64,000 nt of DNA from IMG/VR virus record IMGVR_UViG_3300037459_000160, positions 40,669-104,668 of that record, one strand, 5' to 3'. Below, one piece after another: positions 50,552 through 58,896 of this stretch. Under the pieces are notes generated by a model. That model was not told the origin of the DNA. It saw only the letters and a list, made by a program, of their open reading frames with translations, and searched no databases. Both the position numbers and the translations under genes were made by a program. The stretch comes from a virus. Position 1 is the stretch's first letter. Every line of letters begins with the position of its first letter.

Positions 50552-52048
50552 ATGCCGAACGCGGGAACCTTGAGTGAGCAAAAGAAACCTCTTTTCTTAC
50601 TTTTCAAAACGGGCCCCGAAAAATTCCATGTTTTTCAAATCGTTGGTTGGAAAGCCCGGATTGAACATTTCGTTGAGGGCACCGCCCCCAGTACCCCGAG
50701 TTGTGATTGTCAACTATTTCGGTTTGAATCCAAGTGCCCGCATACCGAGGCTATCGCTACCGAGGCCGAAAAATGGGCATATGCTTTCAACGATTTGCGA
50801 TCGGCCGGGAAGCCGATTAAATGGCAAGAGGGCGACGATAAAAAATTTGTTGTGATTGCCTACCAAGGTAAGGCCGGCGAACCCGCCGTTGTACACCCCG
50901 AGGTAGGGGATTTGAGTTTGTTCAACTTGGTTTGGCTGTTGACCGAGGGCCCAACAACTTCCGAATTAAAAAGCCCCACGGGCTTTCTCAACCCCGAGCG
51001 GATCTTTGAGGAAGCGAAAAAGAGTTTTGACTTGTCCGCGACGGTTACCGACACTGATGTTATTGCAGCGGGCAAAGCCGTTAAACCTCTCACGGCCGCC
51101 GATGTACAATTTGAGGCCGACTACGATGAGAACCTTGGGGCAATGATCCCCGGTGAAAAGGAACCCGCTACTCCCAAGAAAGGCCGCAAGAAAACGAAAA
51201 CGGAAGTTGCGAAACCTTGGGAAACGATCAAGCGACCCGACCCAAAATCGTTTTACATTCCCGAAAAGTCTTGGAAGCAACTCTTGTACGGGATGGCAAA
51301 GGGCCAAAATATTATGATTATGGGCCCGGCCGGCAGTGGCAAGAGCGAGATTGTGTATATTGGAGCCAGGGCAATGAGTCTTGACCTTGCCGCGTTTAAT
51401 TGCGGGGCAATGAGCGAGCCCCGCGAGGCGTTGATTGGTACGACGATTTATGACCCGGCCAAGGGTACATGGCACCGTGAGGCCCGGTTTGTTAAGGCCG
51501 TGCGAGCCGATCGGGGTGTTGTGCTGTTGGATGAAATGAGCCGAGCGGTACGGGATGCGTTTAACATTTTCCTCCCGTTGTTGGATCGGCAAGGGTATCT
51601 CGCAATGGATGAATCCGAGGATGGGGGCATTATTAAAAAGGGGGCTGGCGTTTCATTCGTGGCGACTGCCAACGTGGGTCTTGAGTACACGGGAACCGAG
51701 GCGTTAGACAAGGCCCTTAAAGAGCGTTTCCGCATAATCCGTATGGGTTTTCCCCCGAGAGAGTGGGAAACCAAGATTCTTGTCAATCGTTGCCCCGGTC
51801 TTAAGGCTGGCCAAGCAAGCCGCCTTGTGGGTATTGCCGAAAAGCAACGCGAGTTGGCCACCCTTGAGAATGAATTTGTTGAACAAATTTCTACGCGTAT
51901 GCTACTTGCGGCCGGTGAGCAAATCGGCCTCGGCTTTACGTTCGATGATGCAATTGAATTCAACATTGCCAATCTTTTCTCGGATGAGGGTGGGGATGCA
52001 AGCGAGTACACCCGAATTATGCAAATCGTTCAAAAAGGCGGAGAGTGA
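50552..52048 (+). CDS. MoxR/CbbQ-type AAA+ ATPase with N-terminal SWIM finger
   Basis: CDC..F....KCPH; GPAGSGKS, LLDE.SR, ATAN, LD.AL.ERF, ISTR.LL. Confidence 0.9.
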   Translation: MPNAGTLSEQKKPLFLLFKTGPEKFHVFQIVGWKARIEHFVEGTAPSTPSCDCQLFRFESKCPHTEAIATEAEKWAYAFNDLRSAGKPIKWQEGDDKKFVVIAYQGKAGEPAVVHPEVGDLSLFNLVWLLTEGPTTSELKSPTGFLNPERIFEEAKKSFDLSATVTDTDVIAAGKAVKPLTAADVQFEADYDENLGAMIPGEKEPATPKKGRKKTKTEVAKPWETIKRPDPKSFYIPEKSWKQLLYGMAKGQNIMIMGPAGSGKSEIVYIGARAMSLDLAAFNCGAMSEPREALIGTTIYDPAKGTWHREARFVKAVRADRGVVLLDEMSRAVRDAFNIFLPLLDRQGYLAMDESEDGGIIKKGAGVSFVATANVGLEYTGTEALDKALKERFRIIRMGFPPREWETKILVNRCPGLKAGQASRLVGIAEKQRELATLENEFVEQISTRMLLAAGEQIGLGFTFDDAIEFNIANLFSDEGGDASEYTRIMQIVQKGGE

Positions 52049-52060
52049 ACCCGGTTTCAA
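52045..52060. repeat. 16-bp quasi-palindrome copy (GTGAACCCGGTTTCAA)
   Basis: 15/16 match; overlaps the AAA gene stop codon, upstream of a promoter. Confidence 0.85.
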
Positions 52061-52087
52061 TTCTTGCCGAAAACGGCAAATTTCCCA

Positions 52088-52116
52088 TTGACCCGACCCG
52101 ACCAATTTGCTAGAAT
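52088..52116 (+). promoter_or_regulatory. Sigma70-like promoter with extended -10
   Basis: TTGACC-17 nt (ending TGC)-TAGAAT. Confidence 0.7.
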
Positions 52117-52158
52117 TGGGGCAGTCCAATAAACCTTAACCTTTTGCGGAGCGATATA

Positions 52159-54732
52159 ATGCGAAAAGATTGGTTCGGGCAATTCAGCGAAATCGAATAC
52201 CAAAGCGACGGGCAAAACGATTACTTTGATGAGGAAATGGGTTTGCTCGCCCGCCAAGATTATTTCTTGAGGGGTTCGGTACTTTCCTCGGCATGGTCTC
52301 GCGGGAAAAAGAAATCCGATGATCCCGAAAAGGTTGTTTTGGATTTGATCCGAATTCGCAACAGTGTTGCGGGTTTGCTCAAAGTACACGGGGTGCCCAA
52401 GGGCACCCGGATTGAGATTGCGGCTCTCGGTCAAATCGGCAAAGGGGCCGCGAGTTTTGAGAGTATTCCAAGCAACGTATCGGGCGATTTTAAGCGGCCG
52501 TACATTATGCTGGATGCTGAGATTTATAAAAATTGCGATTCCCGCGAAGTGCTTGACATTTATTGTGGCATCGGCGTACACGAAGCCAGCCACTTAAACC
52601 ACACTCGCCAAATGTTCGTTGATCTGAAAAACGGGCATCTTTCGGGTGAGTCTGCAATATGGCACGGTATCTTTGAGGATGAGCGAATTGAGGAATTGGC
52701 CAGAAATGAAAGCCCCGGTTATGCGGGTTATCTCCAAGCAGTCAAGCGGGCATTGTTTGAGAAGACAGAATTTGGAATGGCCCTTAGTAAATGGGATAAT
52801 CTCCCTGATATGGATAAGATTAGGGGCCTTGCGTTTGGTTTCATTCGTTGCCCTCATCTACTCAAAGACAATCAAAAACAATGGCGAACGATTGCCGGCA
52901 AGTGCGTGTTTGAGGATTTGCGGGCCCTCTTTCCCTGGATTCCTAAAACTGAGAATGAGGTAAAGGCATTCGGGCAATTGTTGATAGGTTATTTTGAGGA
53001 TGCTCAAACCGAGTTTAACGAGACGGTGGCTAACAGCACGCCCGAGCAAATCGCCGAGAACCTCAACCAGCAAGAGCAACCCGAGCAACAACAGAGCGAA
53101 CAAGCGGAAGGCGAACCCCAAGCCGGTGAGGGCCAAGAGGGCGAGGGAAGCCCCGAGGGCGGGCAGCAAGGTCGAGAGGGTTCGGAAGCCGGTGAACAAT
53201 CCGAAGGCGATTCTCAAAGCCCACAAGAGCCCCAAGAGGGCGGGGAACAATCCGGCGAGCAAGGCCAGCCCGGCGACGGTTCTGAGGGTCAAGAGGGCGA
53301 GCAATCCGGGGAGCAATCTGACGAGCAACAGGACAGCCAAGCCGGCAAGGGCCCCCAAGAGGATGAGGGCTCGGAAGCCAAGACCGAGCCGGAAGCCCGC
53401 GAGCAAGGCGATACGGAGCCACAATCGGGTGATAAGGCGGGTGAACCAAAAGCCGAATCAAAAACCGAAGCCAACTCTAACGAGAATCGCATTACCGGAG
53501 ATCACATTACCGAGCGTATGCAAAAACAGGCAGCCGCCGATTTTGAAGATTCCAAAGTGAGTAAGGCCGAGAAGGAGTTGGCTGACCATTTGAAAAACGT
53601 TGCCAGCACACTTGACGATATGAAAAACGCCAAGGACGCGGCTGACGTTATAAGGAAGGGCGGGGGCAATGAGGAAAAGGTACGGAAAGCCGAGAAAAAG
53701 CTTGAGAAACTCCAGAAAGAGCTAAAGAATGAGCTTGATTCCCGAGTTGGCCGGCGATTTGGTACCCGTGAGTTGATAGAAATGATCAAGCGAATTGATA
53801 CGGTTTCTAAGGCCCTTAGTGCGGATGAGACGTTTAAGCTCGCCGAGGCCGCCGAGGAAAGGCTTGAACTTGGGCCCGAATGGGAACCCCATCGGGAAGG
53901 GGCCGACGTTCGGCGTAATGTAATTATTCACCCGAGTCCCAACCAGCGAACCCGCGAGAAATACAAAAACTACTTGAAAGCGGTACAAGGGCAGGTTGCC
54001 CGTATGCGGAATGTTTTCCGGTTGCGGCTTGGTATTCGCAAATATAATGAGACCGAGCGGAAATCCGGCCGGTTGCACCCCCGGCGAATCTCGCGGGCCC
54101 AATCAACCTCTCGTATTTTCAAAAGGTCGTACACGAAAACCGATATGGGTGTTGCAATCTGCCTTTTGCTTGACGAATCGGGTAGTATGAGCCGGGCTCA
54201 TATGCAACCTAGTCACTCGAAAGCGAGCATGGCGTTACAAGTGGCCGTTTGTATGGCCGAAGCTCTCAGGACCACGCCCGGCGTTGAGTTTGAGGTTTAC
54301 AGTTTTACAAGTTGCGGGACCGGCAACGATAATTTCATGAAATATCTTTACGGCAAGAAAAACCCCGATCTTGCCGCGATGGGCCATTATGGGCGGGGCA
54401 GCGTGAATTATGATTATATGGCCCTTGAGCAAGCGGGCCGCATGTTTATTGAGAACACAAGCGACCGGGCACAACGCATTATGATTGTGTTGAGCGACGG
54501 GGCACCGTGCGGGGAAGGCCGTAACGGCGAGACCGCCGAGCAAGCGACCAAGCGGGCAAGTACCGCCTTGGAGAAATTGGGAATCAAGGTAATCCAAGTT
54601 GCGATTGAAGATTTTCGGTCAATGAATTGTTACAAACACGTTTTGAAATTTACCGATATTCCCAACCTAATCAACAAGATGCGGGGCCTTATTACTCGTA
54701 TTATTAAACAAGCGAGCGAGGTTGCCCAATAA
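52159..54732 (+). CDS. CobT/NorD-like vWA protein with HExxH motif and acidic linker
   Basis: HEASH...FEDERIE; E/Q/G-rich linker; SGRL; MIDAS DESGSM and LSDG.P. Confidence 0.88.
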   Translation: MRKDWFGQFSEIEYQSDGQNDYFDEEMGLLARQDYFLRGSVLSSAWSRGKKKSDDPEKVVLDLIRIRNSVAGLLKVHGVPKGTRIEIAALGQIGKGAASFESIPSNVSGDFKRPYIMLDAEIYKNCDSREVLDIYCGIGVHEASHLNHTRQMFVDLKNGHLSGESAIWHGIFEDERIEELARNESPGYAGYLQAVKRALFEKTEFGMALSKWDNLPDMDKIRGLAFGFIRCPHLLKDNQKQWRTIAGKCVFEDLRALFPWIPKTENEVKAFGQLLIGYFEDAQTEFNETVANSTPEQIAENLNQQEQPEQQQSEQAEGEPQAGEGQEGEGSPEGGQQGREGSEAGEQSEGDSQSPQEPQEGGEQSGEQGQPGDGSEGQEGEQSGEQSDEQQDSQAGKGPQEDEGSEAKTEPEAREQGDTEPQSGDKAGEPKAESKTEANSNENRITGDHITERMQKQAAADFEDSKVSKAEKELADHLKNVASTLDDMKNAKDAADVIRKGGGNEEKVRKAEKKLEKLQKELKNELDSRVGRRFGTRELIEMIKRIDTVSKALSADETFKLAEAAEERLELGPEWEPHREGADVRRNVIIHPSPNQRTREKYKNYLKAVQGQVARMRNVFRLRLGIRKYNETERKSGRLHPRRISRAQSTSRIFKRSYTKTDMGVAICLLLDESGSMSRAHMQPSHSKASMALQVAVCMAEALRTTPGVEFEVYSFTSCGTGNDNFMKYLYGKKNPDLAAMGHYGRGSVNYDYMALEQAGRMFIENTSDRAQRIMIVLSDGAPCGEGRNGETAEQATKRASTALEKLGIKVIQVAIEDFRSMNCYKHVLKFTDIPNLINKMRGLITRIIKQASEVAQ

Positions 54733-54757
54733 ACCTTTAATCTTTGGAGTTGATCCG

Positions 54758-55129
54758 ATGCCCAAGTTGGAAGGCGACCACATTGCGGCTTACGAATTTT
54801 TTCTTGATACCCCGCTTACCCGAGATAAAACCCAAGGGCGGTTATCTAATAACCCGACCGAGTTGCCTATAAAGTGTCAACTCAAACGGGCAGGGCGAGA
54901 AAGTGAAGGCCCCAACAGGTACCGCATGGGGCAAGATTTTGCCGCGTACTTCGGTAAACATGATGTTGAGGCAACGCACCCATTATTACAGCAATTCGGG
55001 GCCTCGGCTCATACGGTAGCCGGCCAGTTTTGGATTGTCGCAATTTGGGATGAGAGCGTTACAAGATACGAAGGCGTTGAGGCGTTTACTACGTTTGAGG
55101 AAATGTTGAAGGAATGGGAAGTTGATTGA
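54758..55129 (+). CDS. Hypothetical protein
   Basis: SD GGAG before ATG 54758. Confidence 0.6.
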   Translation: MPKLEGDHIAAYEFFLDTPLTRDKTQGRLSNNPTELPIKCQLKRAGRESEGPNRYRMGQDFAAYFGKHDVEATHPLLQQFGASAHTVAGQFWIVAIWDESVTRYEGVEAFTTFEEMLKEWEVD

Positions 55130-55356
55130 TGAGTGGCCGCCAGCCAACGATAACATTTAGGAAAAACGATCTTTGGTTGTTGGAAACGCTTGAGAGATTA
55201 GTTGCCACAAAAAAGAGGCTCGGGTATAAAACGACTTTATCCCGAGAGCTTATCCGTTGTGCCAAAAACGGTTTAACGAACGGCCTAACCGGGTCCGATC
55301 TTGACCGCCAAATTTTGTTAGAGGATTCCAATGATACTTCCGAGAATGTTTCTTGA
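55129..55356 (+). CDS. Small ribbon-helix-helix-like protein
   Basis: Beta strand (TITFR) followed by two helices; TGATG coupling. Confidence 0.45.
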   Translation: MSGRQPTITFRKNDLWLLETLERLVATKKRLGYKTTLSRELIRCAKNGLTNGLTGSDLDRQILLEDSNDTSENVS

Positions 55357-55660
55357 CGACTTCAAAGGTTGGATTACAGCAACATACGGTTGTGAGGTAA
55401 TCAGCTATCAAAAACATTCTAGGGGTGAGCTTGCCCGATGCGTCGTTGGTGATAGGTTTGTTTTGATCCGAGAGCATAACGGAATGCCTCTTGACCCGAC
55501 CGCACAACCGCCGAGAAACCCGGCCGAGACCGTTGAGGTTTATTGTTCGGATACGAGATTCTCAAAGGAACTTGAGGAAACTTGGGGCCTTGCCCTTTCC
55601 ATAATTCTAACCGAAGTTGAGGGAGTGATTGGCAATGATGAAAAACCCGATAACGCTTAG
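55331..55660 (+). CDS. Hypothetical protein
   Basis: SD GAGG; packed ORF. Confidence 0.55.
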   Translation: MILPRMFLDDFKGWITATYGCEVISYQKHSRGELARCVVGDRFVLIREHNGMPLDPTAQPPRNPAETVEVYCSDTRFSKELEETWGLALSIILTEVEGVIGNDEKPDNA

Positions 55661-56126
55661 GGAATTCGCCGAGGGCGAGGAAGCCGAGTACGCCCAATCG
55701 TTGATTGATTCTTGGGCCCATGTTCAAAAGGAAAAATACCAGACCGGCGAGGATGAAAAACTCCTACTTGCGTCTTTGGATTTGCTGGCCGGCGAGCCAG
55801 AGGTTAAAAAGGGCACGCTTAAAATCTTTGGCGAAACCCACATTGCTAAGATAACGCGAAAGATCAACGCCAATTACCCACGGGAACGTGGGGCCGAACA
55901 CCCACTGAGGAAACTGTTAGGAACCTTTGAAAAGCTCGCCAACATGATCTCGGTTGAGTACAAAGAAAAGGGCAGCCAAATCCAAGCGTTGATGGATCGG
56001 CTCGCGACCGGTGATCTAAAGTTAGATGATGACGCCGAGATTGCCGAGGCCCTCGCGACAGTGCGAACCGAGAAAGCGGGCAAGCCCTCAGTTGCAATAC
56101 AAGAGCGGATTGATACCCCCGCATAG
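55635..56126 (+). CDS. Hypothetical protein
   Basis: SD GAGGGAG; 163 aa. Confidence 0.65.
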   Translation: MMKNPITLREFAEGEEAEYAQSLIDSWAHVQKEKYQTGEDEKLLLASLDLLAGEPEVKKGTLKIFGETHIAKITRKINANYPRERGAEHPLRKLLGTFEKLANMISVEYKEKGSQIQALMDRLATGDLKLDDDAEIAEALATVRTEKAGKPSVAIQERIDTPA

Positions 56127-56146
56127 GAAAGGTAGCGTTTGCGATT

Positions 56147-56446
56147 ATGTCGAAAGTATTGGAACAAACCGAACTTACTCTTGCGGTTGCGTATTACCAT
56201 TTGGGTAGATCGTTGAGTGACCTTTGGGGCGATGTTGGAAAAGATCAAGACAAATTTAGTTCGGAAGTTGCCGGCACGTTGTCAATTACCGAGTTGAGTG
56301 AGGCCGAGGAAATACGGGATTCGTACCGCATGTTTGAGGGCGTTGATCCGCCTGATGAGCGGGCAGATATGTTTACGCCCCTTTGGCGGCTTTGGTGCGA
56401 GATAGGGTTTGAAAGTCCTTGGTACGATTGCCCCGACGATATTTAA
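56147..56446 (+). CDS. Hypothetical protein
   Basis: 99-aa ORF preceding the non-coding block. Confidence 0.6.
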   Translation: MSKVLEQTELTLAVAYYHLGRSLSDLWGDVGKDQDKFSSEVAGTLSITELSEAEEIRDSYRMFEGVDPPDERADMFTPLWRLWCEIGFESPWYDCPDDI

Positions 56447-56449
56447 GGA

Positions 56450-56660
56450 TAGGTCTAAACTCCCGCCGTTGGGTTCCCGACCTAAATAGGGAATAATGTT
56501 CGGCTCACGGGCGGCCCTTTAGCTCACCAAAACCCCGGCGTGAATTATCAAAGCAATGGGGCAGGTAAGGCGTTTTGGGTTCGTAAATCGGACGGCTACA
56601 AAAGAGGCTCCGAGGGGTGAAGCTAGCCCCCACACGCCTAGCGTACGCCGAGCAAACCGA
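56450..56660 (+). ncRNA. Putative structured ncRNA
   Basis: Nested stems CCGCC/GGCGG, TTCCC/GGGAA, CGGCGT/ACGCCG, AGGCGT/ACGCCT; possible pseudoknot TAGGTC/GACCTA. Confidence 0.4.
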
Positions 56661-56676
56661 GAGTTACCGGAAAGGT

Positions 56677-56797
56677 GGTTCGGTAGTGTATTGGTAATGA
56701 CTCGTTGCAAGCAAAAATACGAGTTAGGCCGCACCCTCGCCCGACAGAAAATCGGGAACGTTACGAGCAAGAGTCGGTTCAAATCCGGCCCGAGCCT
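56677..56797 (+). ncRNA. tRNA-like RNA 1 (121 nt) with D-loop hairpin insertion and extended anticodon arm
   Basis: Acceptor GGTTCGG/CCGAGCC, U8A9, D stem GTGT/GCAC, T arm GTCGG-TTCAAAT-CCGGC. Confidence 0.7.
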
Positions 56798-56807
56798 CTT
56801 GAGTTAT

Positions 56808-57021
56808 ACGCGGGTAGTGTAAAGAAAATCGGTCAAGTCTAGCGAACGGGTTTGCTGATTTGAACGATACTAGCGATGAGGGAAGCCCGGTTGTACGTCA
56901 AAAACCTCATGGGGTTTTAGGTTGCAACCTTGGTAAGTGTGAGCCGGGCGGAACAAATCGACAGTTGGTAGCATAACTCCCTTTTCGGGTTTAGGTGTTG
57001 GTTCAAGTCCAGCCCCGCGTA
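56808..57021 (+). ncRNA. tRNA-like RNA 2 (214 nt, UUU anticodon-like) with about 140-nt D-loop insertion
   Basis: Acceptor ACGCGGG/CCCGCGT, U8A9, D stem GTGT/GCAT, anticodon arm AACTC-CCTTTTC-GGGTT, T arm GTTGG-TTCAAGT-CCAGC. Confidence 0.7.
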
Positions 57022-57033
57022 CTTTTAATTCCA

Positions 57034-57049
57034 GTGAACCCGGTTGCAC
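57034..57049. repeat. 16-bp quasi-palindrome copy (GTGAACCCGGTTGCAC)
   Basis: Intergenic, immediately after tRNA-like RNA 2. Confidence 0.85.
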
Positions 57050-57073
57050 AACTCTAACTTTGAGGGCGAGAAG

Positions 57074-57265
57074 ATGTACAAGCGAAAGTTTGCTGAATTC
57101 ATTAAAGCGTGTGATCATGCTAAACGTAGCGGGGCGGCAATCGCGGTTCACAATCCCCAAGCGTTAGGGGATAATTATGAGGAATTGGTTGAGAGCTTGA
57201 GCCAAATAGCGGAACGCAAGATTGGGTTATTAGTTACATTTCCCGCTAATACGAGGGCGAAATGA
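57074..57265 (+). CDS. Small hypothetical protein
   Basis: SD GAGG; P..LGDNYEELVESL motif. Confidence 0.6.
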   Translation: MYKRKFAEFIKACDHAKRSGAAIAVHNPQALGDNYEELVESLSQIAERKIGLLVTFPANTRAK

Positions 57266-57678
57266 GTGAGCCCGATGACAACATTGACCCCGATGCGTAT
57301 GATAGGCTCATTGACCGATTCGCCGATAAGGAAGTTGAGGACGATGAGCCCAAGGAAGAAAAGGGCAACAGGCAGGGCGAGACGGGTTGGGTATCGCAAT
57401 GGCGAATACTCAAGATGATTGAGGCAACCGATAAAAAATCAATGGCCCTTGGCGACATTGCCCGAGAGCTTGATATTGACCGCAACAGCGATCGAATACA
57501 AAAACCTCTCGGGCAACTCTTGCGGGGTGATAAAATCACGCAAGCGGTAGGGCAAGACCTAAAGGGAGCGATTGGAAACGTTTACACGGTCAAGCGACCA
57601 CGCAAGCCCACGGGCCGGGAGCGGGCCGCCAGGGATATCGAGGATGAGCCAGGCTATGGAATCCAACTTGACGATTGA
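57262..57678 (+). CDS. Winged-HTH protein
   Basis: Q.RIL..I.......L.DIAREL......I...L..L...G.I pattern. Confidence 0.65.
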   Translation: MSEPDDNIDPDAYDRLIDRFADKEVEDDEPKEEKGNRQGETGWVSQWRILKMIEATDKKSMALGDIARELDIDRNSDRIQKPLGQLLRGDKITQAVGQDLKGAIGNVYTVKRPRKPTGRERAARDIEDEPGYGIQLDD

Positions 57679-58264
57679 TGAGCTTAGAGAGCAATTAGAG
57701 CAACGCGAGGTTCAAGTAAGTGATTTGATGGATTTGCTTTATCCCGAGGGGGCAGCCCCGAGCGATTCCGACCCTTTAACGTGGCGGGAAATTGCCGAAG
57801 CAAAGGGCGTAGATATTAAGACTTTACAAAACGTTAAGGTAAAGCAAAGCGAGAAAATCGGCGAGCTTTCCCGAGAGATTGATTATAACGATACCAAGGT
57901 AAAGGAAATACAGTGGGCCCATGAGGTTAATTATGCTCGCCTGGCAAGCAAGCTCAACAAGACCCGCGAGAAATCCACGCCAAAGCGTGTTGAGTATCTG
58001 GAAACCCGCGTTGAGGAATTATGTAAGCAGTTAAGCGAGATTGACTCCGAGCTTGACGCGGAACGCTCGGCATTGAATGACCTTGAGTGTGAGGTACAAC
58101 ATGAAAAAGACTGTTTACAATTTGAGGAAGGCGACGTTTTACGCAAACTTGAGGCGGCCTTGTTGGATATAAAGCCGAGAGATTGTTACAATATGCGAGG
58201 ATTCCGGCCCGATTGGGTACTGAGTGAGGCCCTTTATAGACTTTGCGGGAGGTACGATATATGA
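57656..58264 (+). CDS. Coiled-coil hypothetical protein
   Basis: Heptad repeats; likely start ATG 57656. Confidence 0.6.
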   Translation: MESNLTIDELREQLEQREVQVSDLMDLLYPEGAAPSDSDPLTWREIAEAKGVDIKTLQNVKVKQSEKIGELSREIDYNDTKVKEIQWAHEVNYARLASKLNKTREKSTPKRVEYLETRVEELCKQLSEIDSELDAERSALNDLECEVQHEKDCLQFEEGDVLRKLEAALLDIKPRDCYNMRGFRPDWVLSEALYRLCGRYDI

Positions 58265-58647
58265 CCGTTACCACGCCCCCGGCAGCGTTTTCCGATCTTG
58301 ACGCGGCTAACCGGTATATCGCTGATCTTGAGGCCGATATGGCGTTAAAGCCGGATAAATACGAGCTTGCGAATCAAAAGCAACTCGTTATCAATCTGCA
58401 AAAGGTAACGCAAAAGCTCAAAATGAGGTTGGCGGAAACAAAAGCCGATTTGGAGGGCCGCGTACAGCAACTTGAGAGCGAGAAAGCCGATTTGATCGAC
58501 GCATTGGCCCAAGAGGTTGAGGAAAATTCGACCGTTCGCGAGGCCGTACAAGAATTCGGCCTTGCGGAAAACCCGGCCGGCCCGAGGCCGAAAAACAAGG
58601 CTGAAAGACGCGGGCAGCCCGAACAGAGACCCAAAAAGAAAAAGTGA
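58261..58647 (+). CDS. Coiled-coil hypothetical protein with basic tail
   Basis: SD GGAGG; ATGA coupling. Confidence 0.65.
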   Translation: MTVTTPPAAFSDLDAANRYIADLEADMALKPDKYELANQKQLVINLQKVTQKLKMRLAETKADLEGRVQQLESEKADLIDALAQEVEENSTVREAVQEFGLAENPAGPRPKNKAERRGQPEQRPKKKK

Positions 58648-58653
58648 AAGTAA

Positions 58654-58896
58654 ATGTACGTTGAGCTTGTTGACGACTTGAACGGGTACAACGTATTGGC
58701 CTCATTTGAGGCCGACGTTGTACCGGCCCCCGGCGATGTAATCGTTTTCTTTACCTCGCCCGATGAGCCCCGTGAGCGAGGCACGGTTACCAAGCGAAAG
58801 TTTGTAACGCATGGGCCTGATTTGAGTTACCGGGTCGATTGCATAATTGAGCTAGCCGATGTTGAGCTAGCCGATGTTGAGGGTTACACGGTATGA
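58654..58896 (+). CDS. Small hypothetical protein
   Basis: VP.PGD.I...V..R pattern; ATGA coupling to the next gene. Confidence 0.6.
   Translation: MYVELVDDLNGYNVLASFEADVVPAPGDVIVFFTSPDEPRERGTVTKRKFVTHGPDLSYRVDCIIELADVELADVEGYTV

Noticed and set aside
56556-56822. 88-aa ORF across the non-coding block
   Set aside because: It overlaps the tRNA-like fold and has no protein-like motifs; RNA structure explains the region better.
56677-57021. tRNA-Sec, UGA suppressor tRNA or tmRNA
   Set aside because: No UCA anticodon, no long variable arm or extended acceptor stem, both RNAs keep a D stem, and no tag reading frame is evident.
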